NCBI GenBank assembly: GCA_937919725.1
Contig: CALFOS010000120.1
Coordinates: 1-47,573 of the forward strand
Reading direction: 5' to 3'
From: an uncultured Fluviicola sp.
Lineage (GTDB): Bacteria > Bacteroidota > Bacteroidia > Flavobacteriales_D > Crocinitomicaceae
DNA: 47,573 nucleotides
Positions 11,754-19,537 of this stretch are shown here, in pieces (within the stretch, counting starts at the first letter, position 1; the number at the start of each line of letters is the position of its first letter). The notes under the pieces are model-generated. The model worked only from the letters and a program-made list of their open reading frames with translations. It was not told the DNA's origin and ran no database searches. Position numbers and translations under genes: made by a program.

Positions 11754-11958
11754 GGGGTTCAGCGAAAAAAGATTGTTTTTTTCACAGAGGTGTGTTTACA
11801 TCTTTTTTGGGGTGAAAATCGAAGCTGTTTTTCACCATTTTTCGCTCCACAAATGTACTAACTTTTGATAGAAAAAAGTAATCACTTTGCTAACTTTTTA
11901 TAAAAATTAGAATTTGAAAGGTTCCTGTGCAATTATCGTCTAAGAACAAAAAAAATTG

Positions 11959-12564
11959 ATGCGAAAATCCATAACTTTTATATTTTTATTAATAGCTTCT
12001 CTTAATCTACTTTCTCAGAATCAGGTGTTTGATGTTTGTCCGATTAAAATTGGTCAAGAAATACCAGTTGATGTAACTGTGCAAAATCCGCTGGGTGAAA
12101 GCGTGAAATTTGCTCAGATATTAGAGTCGAAAAAGTTGATTGTGGTGTTTTATCGCGGTGGTTGGTGTCCTTACTGCACACGGCACTTGAGCGCACTCGG
12201 AATGTTGAAGGACGAAATCGATTCGCTCGGCTTCACGCTCGTTGGAATTACACCCGATCGCTTCGATTCACTTGCTGTGAGTCAATTAAAATCGGAAAGT
12301 GACTACGAAATTTACTCGGACAGCAAAGCTGAATTGATCCGAGCATTTGGCCTCGCTTGGGAGATAGATAGTGCAACTTATGTGAATTACCGCGACCAGT
12401 ACAAAATGGATCTTGAAACATGGTCTGGAGAGACGCATCACTTATTGCCCGTTCCAGCGGTTTATTTAATTGTGGATGGAGTAATTCAATTCAATTACGT
12501 GAATCCGAATTACAAGATTCGCTTGAGAACAGAAACTTTGTTGGCCATCTTAAAAAGTCTGTAA
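11959..12564 (+). CDS. Secreted thioredoxin-fold redoxin (AhpC/TSA-redoxin-like, WCPYC active site)
   Basis: About 201 aa from ATG 11959 (the track starts at TTG 11956). It has the signal peptide MRKSITFIFLLIASLNLLSQ and the CxxC motif GGWCPYCTRHL. Confidence 0.7.
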   Translation: MRKSITFIFLLIASLNLLSQNQVFDVCPIKIGQEIPVDVTVQNPLGESVKFAQILESKKLIVVFYRGGWCPYCTRHLSALGMLKDEIDSLGFTLVGITPDRFDSLAVSQLKSESDYEIYSDSKAELIRAFGLAWEIDSATYVNYRDQYKMDLETWSGETHHLLPVPAVYLIVDGVIQFNYVNPNYKIRLRTETLLAILKSL

Positions 12565-12605
12565 GAGTTTAAATCTATTTCTGCGCGAGATTCTTAACTT
12601 GCCAC

Positions 12606-14378
12606 ATGAAATTGCTTCAAAGCCTTTCTGGAAAAGTCGTCTTGCTGATCTTCACGGTATTTGTGGTGAGCTTTGTTCCGAAGTTAGGAAACATTGCCTC
12701 AGGCGAAGACACCTGCGTTTGCGCCTACGATGGTTACGGATACTACGTTTATCTCCCGCATTTCTTCAACGAGGGGAACCTCAACATTACACAAGAAAAA
12801 GCGCAACAACTACAAAACGAGTATTGCGGTGGAATTTACGCTTATCAAATTGTGAGAACCGAAAATGGAAAAGAACTGAACGCTTACCAAATGGGGCAAG
12901 CACTCATCGAGCTTCCTGCTTACTTGATCGGCGATATCTCAGCTCGAATCTTCGGCTTCAAAACGGATGGGTTTAGTAAACCGTATTACGTTCTCTTCAT
13001 TCTTAATGGTCTATTTTTCATTTTCCTTGGATTGATTTACCTTCGAAAACTGGTCCTACTCTACCTGAATGAGAAAACAACCGCACTTACTATTTTATTC
13101 CTCTACTTCGCCACGAACATTTACACAACCTTTTATCTTCAAAACGACCTTCAGCATCTGTTTCTTTTTGGGTTGAATTCAATATTCTTGTACCATACTA
13201 TTCAATTTTCGCGCAAGCAAACGAAAAAACACCTGCTTTACTCGGCAATTATCCTCGGATTAACAGTCGCTATTCGTCCAACGCAAGTGTTGATGGGAAT
13301 TGTTCCAACGATTCTCCTACTCAAAGAATTTGGGATCAGTTTGGCATTTTTCAAACGAATTTGGATCTATCCAGCTTTTGGATTGCTTTGGAACCTCCCT
13401 CAAATTGCCTATTGGTGGATTGTTGGTGGTGAACCATTCATGCCAAATTTACACTCGGAGGACATTGTGCTTTCGGATCCAAACTTGATCGACTTTCTTT
13501 TCTCCTATAAGAAAGGCTGGTTGCTCTACAGTCCTGTGTTTTTAATTGCCATTCATGGATTTTATGTCCTATATAAACGCAGTACTGGCATGTTTTGGGC
13601 GATAATCCTCTTTCTGCCGATGTACATTTGGGTGATGAGTTCGTGGGAATGTTGGTGGTATGCACAATCGTTTGGATCGCGCGTAATGGTGGACATTTAT
13701 CCCGTGTTAGCGATTCTCATCGGACTTTCAATTTCGCATTGGAAACGCGGATTCACAAAAATTGCCGGCTTCGGATTCCTCATTGTGTGTTCCTTGCTCG
13801 CCATGCTTCAAACGCACCAAGGAATGAAAGGGTATTTGAGTTATGAGAATATGACCAAACAGCATTATTGGTACATTTTCGGAAGAACGAACATCGAACC
13901 TTACTCGGGAAAGCACCTGGAAATGAACCGAGGAGCGATCGATTCCACATGGATTTCCAACGCTCAACGTTTGCCGAAACCGAAGTATCGCTATTCGGAA
14001 ACACTGATTTACTCCCTCGAAAAGCCAGTAACTATCCCGAGCGGAAGTTTGTTTTTGACAGATATTGTGGTGCTGGACAAGTTACCGAGCGACGAAGGAA
14101 TGTTGCGAATAGAAATAGAATCGAGTACGAGCGACTCCACGAAAAGTGCGCTCTTGATGACGGAAACTTTTAGTATTCACAACTTTTACAACTGGAGTCC
14201 GACCGAAATTTCTATTGGGCAGCGACAAAATCAATCTAAAAAAGAAACGTACTATATTAATTTACAGCGCATGCGGCACCGCGAAGATAAAATGCATTTT
14301 TATTTCGTTGCTTCGGAAGGCGTGACAATTGATGTTAAATCGCTAAGAATATTGGGTTGTACACTAAAACGAAAGTAA
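12606..14378 (+). CDS. Polytopic membrane protein, possibly a GT-C-fold (ArnT/PMT-like) glycosyltransferase, with a soluble C-terminal domain of about 170 aa
   Basis: 590 aa with many hydrophobic segments over residues 1-400. An acidic/aromatic motif (AYDGYGYYVYLPHF) follows the first TM segment, as in the first periplasmic loop of GT-C enzymes. The family assignment is by resemblance only. Confidence 0.4.
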   Translation: MKLLQSLSGKVVLLIFTVFVVSFVPKLGNIASGEDTCVCAYDGYGYYVYLPHFFNEGNLNITQEKAQQLQNEYCGGIYAYQIVRTENGKELNAYQMGQALIELPAYLIGDISARIFGFKTDGFSKPYYVLFILNGLFFIFLGLIYLRKLVLLYLNEKTTALTILFLYFATNIYTTFYLQNDLQHLFLFGLNSIFLYHTIQFSRKQTKKHLLYSAIILGLTVAIRPTQVLMGIVPTILLLKEFGISLAFFKRIWIYPAFGLLWNLPQIAYWWIVGGEPFMPNLHSEDIVLSDPNLIDFLFSYKKGWLLYSPVFLIAIHGFYVLYKRSTGMFWAIILFLPMYIWVMSSWECWWYAQSFGSRVMVDIYPVLAILIGLSISHWKRGFTKIAGFGFLIVCSLLAMLQTHQGMKGYLSYENMTKQHYWYIFGRTNIEPYSGKHLEMNRGAIDSTWISNAQRLPKPKYRYSETLIYSLEKPVTIPSGSLFLTDIVVLDKLPSDEGMLRIEIESSTSDSTKSALLMTETFSIHNFYNWSPTEISIGQRQNQSKKETYYINLQRMRHREDKMHFYFVASEGVTIDVKSLRILGCTLKRK

Positions 14379-14411
14379 GTTCATTCGAAATAATTTTGAA
14401 GTGCGGTTGTT

Positions 14412-14816
14412 TTAGTCTCCCTCCTCTTCGTCCTTCAATCGGTCTTTTATGAATTCAATTTTGGTTTTGTGATGTGGCGTTGGTTTTCCATCTACGCCCA
14501 AATTCACCATGATCAATGTATCTATCGAAATGATTGATCTGCGCGTCATCATGTTTCTCACTTCACAACGCAAGGTCAACGATGTTTTACCAAATTTCAC
14601 GACGTCCATTCCAATTTCGATAATGTCGCCCTTTTCTGCCTTATCTTGAAAGTTGATGTCTGAAATGTATTTCGTAACGATTTTCGTGTTCTCGAGTTGT
14701 GCAATTGCATACAATGCGGCCTCTTCGTCAATCCACTGCAATAATCGCCCTCCAAATAATGTTCCATTCGGATTCAAGTCTTCTGGTTTAACCCATTTTC
14801 TTGTGTGAAATCGCAT
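14412..14816 (-). CDS. Acyl-CoA thioesterase (hotdog fold, YciA-like)
   Basis: 134 aa. KPEDLNPNGTLFGGRLLQWIDEEAALYA is typical of the 4HBT/acyl-CoA thioester hydrolase family. Confidence 0.75.
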   Translation of the reverse strand: MRFHTRKWVKPEDLNPNGTLFGGRLLQWIDEEAALYAIAQLENTKIVTKYISDINFQDKAEKGDIIEIGMDVVKFGKTSLTLRCEVRNMMTRRSIISIDTLIMVNLGVDGKPTPHHKTKIEFIKDRLKDEEEGD

Positions 14817-14878
14817 AATTCTTGTCTTTGGGTAAAGTTATTCTAAATTCTGAGAAGTGGCCATCGCGTCAAGCTAAA

Positions 14879-14965
14879 ATGCATTTCTTCTTGGCGGCAT
14901 CGGAAGGGATGATCATTCACGTGAAGAAACTGAAAATTTCGGTGTGTGTGATTGAAAGCAAATAG
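14879..14965 (+). pseudogene. Relic 3' end of a paralogue of the 12606-14378 membrane protein
   Basis: The translation MHFFLAASEGMIIHVKKLKISVCVIESK* aligns without gaps, and with the stop in the same place, to the last 28 residues of the 590-aa protein (MHFYFVASEGVTIDVKSLRILGCTLKRK*). About half the residues are identical. No upstream coding body remains. Confidence 0.6.
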
Positions 14966-14969
14966 GCAA

Positions 14970-15590
14970 CTATTCTTTTCCCAATGAAAAGTAGAGTGCA
15001 ACTCCGATAGCATTCAATTTTCGTCCGATCAAGCGGTCTTGATTTACCGATGCATAGTAGGAAAGATCTTCAAAAAAAAGATTCCCTGTAAGTGCCGCAC
15101 CGAGGACGTATCCATCCATGTCGTATTCGTACCCAGCACGAAGATTAATACCAACGACGTCATTCTCTGAATAACCGCGATTCATCCCATAACCTACTCC
15201 CATGCGAAAATAAACATTGTCTAGGGACTTATTTTTGAGCAAATATGAAACACGACCAGCGGCTGCGAAATCAAAATAAAACCCACTACTACTGATCGTT
15301 AATATGCCGGCGTACGCATCAATTTCCGCTCCAACATCAATCTTATCGCTCACCGGGAAATTATATCCATAACTGATCTCAGGTCCGAATGCAACGAATC
15401 GCGTTCGCGTGGTGTCGCCCATATCTAAGGCATAGCCTCCCGTTTCATAATTGTAAACGTATTCGCCCGTTCCTTCATAGATGTTCGTGAAACCGACGCG
15501 TTGAGTTTTTAACCCTAAATTGTAGTAAAGTTGGCCAAAGCCATTCGCTGCAAAAATTGTTGTGAAAAGTGTAAATAGTGTGTTTTTCAT
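14970..15590 (-). CDS. Small outer-membrane beta-barrel (porin-family-like) protein
   Basis: 206 aa with a signal peptide (MKNTLFTLFTTIFAANGFGQ) and alternating Gly/Tyr-rich amphipathic strands. Confidence 0.5.
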   Translation of the reverse strand: MKNTLFTLFTTIFAANGFGQLYYNLGLKTQRVGFTNIYEGTGEYVYNYETGGYALDMGDTTRTRFVAFGPEISYGYNFPVSDKIDVGAEIDAYAGILTISSSGFYFDFAAAGRVSYLLKNKSLDNVYFRMGVGYGMNRGYSENDVVGINLRAGYEYDMDGYVLGAALTGNLFFEDLSYYASVNQDRLIGRKLNAIGVALYFSLGKE

Positions 15591-15598
15591 TAGGTTTT

Positions 15599-16579
15599 TT
15601 AGGCTCGATACATAGTTGCTTTAACGGCTGTTACCAATCGTTCCACATTTGGCAATGCTTCTTTGATTAAGCTTGGTGAAAATGCGAATGGCGTATCTGC
15701 TTGAGTAACACGCATCACTGGTGCGTCCATATAATCAAAGGCGTAGCGTTGCAAATGATAAGCAATTTCTGAAGAAATAGAAGCCAAAGGCCACGACTCT
15801 TCCAAGACCACACAACGGTGTGTTTTCTTAACAGAATCAACAACAGTTGCATAATCAATTGGTCGAACAGTGCGCAAATCGATTACTTCACACGAAATCC
15901 CTTCTTTTTCCAACACCTCAGCCGCTTCGAAAGCCACTTTCATAATTTTCCCAAAACTAACAATGGTGACATCGCGACCTTTTCGTTTCACGTCCGCCAC
16001 TCCGATAGGAATCAAGTATTCTCCCTCAGGCACTTCACCCTTGTCGCCATACATTTGCTCCGACTCCAAGAAAACCACAGGGTCGTTATCCCGAATCGCT
16101 GATTTCAACAAACCTTTCGCATCTGCTGGATTGGAAGGCGTGATTACTTTCAAACCTGGTACATGCGCATAAAACGCTTCAAAACTTTGTGAGTGCGTAG
16201 CGCCGAGTTGACCTGCAGTTCCGTTTCCTCCGCGGAAAACAATCGGGCAATGGTACTGTCCACCAGACATCTGCAACATTTTTGCAGCACTATTGATAAT
16301 TTGATCGGCTGCTAAAATCGCGAAATTCCATGTCATGAACTCAACCACTGGTCGAAGACCATTCATCGAAGCTCCAACGGCAATTCCAGTGAAACCAAGC
16401 TCCGCAATCGGCGTGTCAATTACACGTTTAGCACCGAATTCTTCCAACATTCCTTGCGAAACTTTGTATGCCCCGTTGTACTCCGCAACTTCTTCTCCCA
16501 TAAGGAAAACTTTCTCGTCACGTCGCATTTCCTCGTTCATTGCTTCACGCAGCGCCTCCCTAAATTGTAATGTTTTCAT
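15599..16579 (-). CDS. pdhB: Pyruvate/2-oxoacid dehydrogenase E1 component, beta subunit
   Basis: 326 aa. MKTLQFREALREAMNEEMRRDEKVFLMGEEVAEYNGAYKVSQGM and a transketolase-like C-terminal domain are characteristic of E1-beta. Confidence 0.85.
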   Translation of the reverse strand: MKTLQFREALREAMNEEMRRDEKVFLMGEEVAEYNGAYKVSQGMLEEFGAKRVIDTPIAELGFTGIAVGASMNGLRPVVEFMTWNFAILAADQIINSAAKMLQMSGGQYHCPIVFRGGNGTAGQLGATHSQSFEAFYAHVPGLKVITPSNPADAKGLLKSAIRDNDPVVFLESEQMYGDKGEVPEGEYLIPIGVADVKRKGRDVTIVSFGKIMKVAFEAAEVLEKEGISCEVIDLRTVRPIDYATVVDSVKKTHRCVVLEESWPLASISSEIAYHLQRYAFDYMDAPVMRVTQADTPFAFSPSLIKEALPNVERLVTAVKATMYRA

Positions 16580-16615
16580 GCTTTCACGTCTTTAATCCTA
16601 CTTTTAACAGATCGC

Positions 16616-16623
16616 CAAAGATA
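16616..16623 (-). promoter_or_regulatory. Candidate -7 box (TATCTTTG) for pdhB
   Basis: Exact TAnnTTTG match on the minus strand, 37 nt upstream of the pdhB ATG. The nearest upstream TTG is spaced 23 nt away, longer than the consensus. Confidence 0.35.
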
Positions 16624-17109
16624 ACAATTTTAGAAGTGTTGAAAAACAAACCTGGAGAAATTCTTGTATATCTGACCAAAAGATTAAAAACTGTTCGATG
16701 AGACGATAGAAAACTGCATAAAGTATGGGTCACTTCACGAGACATCTTTGTACGCGACCGTTCTTAACCTAGCTAGAATTTTCCCGAAAATTGCGCTTCC
16801 ACAAAAAAAGAGTGTCGCAGTATAGCGCATAGCGATCAGAGGTACTTGAGTTGTATCAGCGAGAAGTCTATCCATCAGAAATGCACAACTATTTAACGAA
16901 GTTAACAAACCACATAACGGATCTATTTTAAGAATTTTGACGATAAGCTCAAGTAAAAACGATTAAAAACATGCTGTTTTTGCTCACACTACTATCGAAA
17001 AACAAAAAGCAATATCCACGCTCGCGCGCATCGCACTGGATTTCCATTTACTTACTATGTACGCATAAAGATTTGTTTTGGACTAGGTGGAATTGGCAGA
17101 TTTAATTAT

Positions 17110-17117
17110 TAAATTTG
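17110..17117 (+). promoter_or_regulatory. Candidate -7 box (TAAATTTG) for etfBA
   Basis: Exact TAnnTTTG match, ending 26 nt upstream of the etfB ATG at 17144. Confidence 0.4.
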
Positions 17118-17143
17118 TGCTCGATTCAATAAAAAATTCCAGA

Positions 17144-17884
17144 ATGAAACTATTAGTTTGTATTAGTAAATCTCCGGACACGACTTCGAAAATCGCCTTC
17201 ACAGATGGCAGCACGAAGTTTGATGAAAATGGAGTTCAATATATCGTTAATCCATACGATGAATGGTATGCCCTCGTTCGCGCGCTCGAATTGAAAGAAG
17301 CACACGGCGGTAGCGTGACGATTTGCACTGTTGGTACTGCAGAAGATGATTCAATCATCCGTAAGGCGTTGGCGATTGGTGCCGATGACGCAGTTCGAAT
17401 TGACGCGGATCCAACAGACGCATACTACACCGCGATGCAAATTGCGGAGTATGCGAAATCAAATGCGTTCGACATCGTGTTAACAGGTAAAGAGACAATT
17501 AACTATAACGGATCACAAGTTGGCGGAATGCTCGCCGAAGCACTCGACATGCCATTTGTATCCTTAGCATCAAAATTGGATGTGAACGGAACAACTGCAA
17601 CGGTTGAATGTGAAATCGTGGGTGGACTTCAAGTGAGCGAAGTAACGCTTCCAGCTGTAATTTCGTGTGCAAAAGGCATGGCAGAGCAACGAATTCCTAA
17701 CATGCGTGGAATTATGGCGGCACGAACAAAACCGTTAACGGTAGTTGCAGCAGCTGAGATCCAATCACTAACAACTTTCGTGAACTACGATCTTCCGCCA
17801 GCGAAAGCAGCGTGCAAGATGATCGATCCAGAAAACATGGACGAATTGGTGAGTTTGTTACACAACGAGGCGAAAGTCATTTAA
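17144..17884 (+). CDS. etfB: Electron transfer flavoprotein, beta subunit
   Basis: 246 aa from ATG 17144 (the track starts at GTG 17087). MKLLVCISKSPDTTSKIAF...NPYDEWYALVRALELKE is the ETF-beta pattern. Confidence 0.9.
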   Translation: MKLLVCISKSPDTTSKIAFTDGSTKFDENGVQYIVNPYDEWYALVRALELKEAHGGSVTICTVGTAEDDSIIRKALAIGADDAVRIDADPTDAYYTAMQIAEYAKSNAFDIVLTGKETINYNGSQVGGMLAEALDMPFVSLASKLDVNGTTATVECEIVGGLQVSEVTLPAVISCAKGMAEQRIPNMRGIMAARTKPLTVVAAAEIQSLTTFVNYDLPPAKAACKMIDPENMDELVSLLHNEAKVI

Positions 17885-17895
17885 TCTATCGAATT

Positions 17896-18831
17896 ATGTC
17901 AACTTTAGTATATATAAACAGTAACAACGGAATCGGGAAAGCCGCTTTGGAAGTTGTTACCTACGCAAAAAAATTAGGCGACACTGTAACGGTTGTCACG
18001 AATGGAAATGGTAGTGATGCACTTGCATCGCTTGGAGAATATGGCGCGTCGAAAGTGCTGATCGATCGATCGGTTGTTGGAAATGATCCGCAACAAATCA
18101 CACGATTGGTGGCAACTACAGCGGAAGCTGTCGGAGCAAACACGGTCGTTTTCTCTCACGATTTGACGGCAAAAGCGGTTGCACCCCGATTGTCAGTTCG
18201 CATGAAAGCTGGATTGGTGAATGGCGCAGTTGCTGTTCCAAATGGAGACACAGTTAAAGTCAACGTATTCTCAGGAAAAGCATTCGGTCATGTGAAAATC
18301 AATACCGATAAAAAAATTATTTCATTGCTTGCAAACAGCATTCAGCCAGAAGGTGGGGGAAGTGCATGTGCGGTAGAAGAATTTTCAGGAAATGCAGGAG
18401 CAGCAGTAATCAAAGTGATCAACACGAAAAAACCGGAAGGCGAAATTCCATTGCCAGAAGCAGAATTAGTTGTTTCAGCAGGACGTGGATTGAAAGCACC
18501 TGAGAACTGGGGAATTGTTGAGGATTTGGCGAAAGCCTTGGGCGCTGCAACAGCATGTTCACGACCAGTAGCAGATATTGGATGGCGACCTCACCACGAG
18601 CACGTAGGACAAACAGGAGTGGCCATTCGACCGAATTTGTACATCGCAGCTGGTATTTCTGGAGCAATTCAGCACTTGGCAGGAGTAAATGGTTCGAAGG
18701 TAATCGTAGTGATTAACACCGATGCAGAAGCACCATTTTTCAAAGCCGCAGACTACGGAGTCGTTGGGGGTGCATTCGAAGTTCTTCCACGTTTGACCGA
18801 AGCCGTAAATAAATTCAAATCATCGAATTAA
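17896..18831 (+). CDS. etfA: Electron transfer flavoprotein, alpha subunit
   Basis: 311 aa from ATG 17896 (the track ORF starts inside etfB). The C-terminal FAD-binding region reads ATACSRPVADIGWRPHHEHVGQTGVAIRPNLYIAAGISGAIQHLAG. Confidence 0.9.
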   Translation: MSTLVYINSNNGIGKAALEVVTYAKKLGDTVTVVTNGNGSDALASLGEYGASKVLIDRSVVGNDPQQITRLVATTAEAVGANTVVFSHDLTAKAVAPRLSVRMKAGLVNGAVAVPNGDTVKVNVFSGKAFGHVKINTDKKIISLLANSIQPEGGGSACAVEEFSGNAGAAVIKVINTKKPEGEIPLPEAELVVSAGRGLKAPENWGIVEDLAKALGAATACSRPVADIGWRPHHEHVGQTGVAIRPNLYIAAGISGAIQHLAGVNGSKVIVVINTDAEAPFFKAADYGVVGGAFEVLPRLTEAVNKFKSSN

Positions 18832-18875
18832 GATTTCTTCACTAGAAATATTAATTTAGCAGTACTATATGAAAG

Positions 18876-18921
18876 GTAGAGAGGCTATACCGATAGCTAA
18901 CGGTAGCCTCTCTTACTTTTT
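18876..18921 (+). terminator. Rho-independent terminator after etfA
   Basis: GTAGAGAGGCTATACCG pairs with CGGTAGCCTCTCTTAC (9-bp core GAGAGGCTA/TAGCCTCTC plus flanking 3-bp segments, 8-nt loop). A TTTTT run follows. Confidence 0.75.
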
Positions 18922-18949
18922 AATCAGTTTCTGAAATTGTGCATTGAAT

Positions 18950-19537
18950 ATGACTAAGATTAAATTGGAAATCGTTGGATTATCATACAGCCAGACACAA
19001 TCGGGTGCCTATGCACTGGTTCTATCCGAGGTAGATGGCAACAGACGACTTCCTATCATAATTGGAGGATTCGAAGCGCAAGCCATCGCGATAGAACTCG
19101 AAAAAATGGTGCCGACGCGCCCGCTCACACACGACTTGTTCAAAAACTTCGCTACTACATTCAATATTCAAGTCAAAGAAGTCGTGATTTACAACCTAGT
19201 GGAAGGAATTTTTTACTCAAAATTAGTGTGTGAATTAAACGGAGAAGTAACAGAAATTGATGCCCGAACATCGGATGCTATTGCCATCGGAGTTCGATTT
19301 AAATGTCCAGTTTATACCTTCGAAAACATACTTTCTAGTGCGGGAATACTTCTCGACGAAACATCCGAACCAAACGACGATCCTATGTTCTCGGAATCAA
19401 TGGAATCTCTTCCCGCAAGCACTTTAGGAACTGTTTCGTTGGAAGATCTGGAAATTCAACTTAACCAAGCAATTGCCAACGAAGACTATGAACTTGCCTC
19501 CAAAATTCGGGATGAAATCAATAAGCGTAGCGCTTAG
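18950..19537 (+). CDS. Bifunctional nuclease family protein (DUF151/BFN domain plus C-terminal UVR motif)
   Basis: About 195 aa from ATG 18950 (the track uses TTG 18944). The BFN pattern is LSYSQTQSGAYALVLSEVDGNRRLPIIIGGFEAQAIAIELEK...RPLTHDL. The UvrB/C-like helix at the C-terminus is LEIQLNQAIANEDYELASKIRDEINK. Confidence 0.7.
   Translation: MTKIKLEIVGLSYSQTQSGAYALVLSEVDGNRRLPIIIGGFEAQAIAIELEKMVPTRPLTHDLFKNFATTFNIQVKEVVIYNLVEGIFYSKLVCELNGEVTEIDARTSDAIAIGVRFKCPVYTFENILSSAGILLDETSEPNDDPMFSESMESLPASTLGTVSLEDLEIQLNQAIANEDYELASKIRDEINKRSA

Noticed and set aside
12599-12976. A 125-aa alternative-frame ORF at the start of the 590-aa membrane-protein gene.
   Set aside because: It has an Arg/Leu-rich repetitive translation. 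The overlapping 590-aa frame has coherent TM architecture and a homologous relic downstream, so that frame is the real one.
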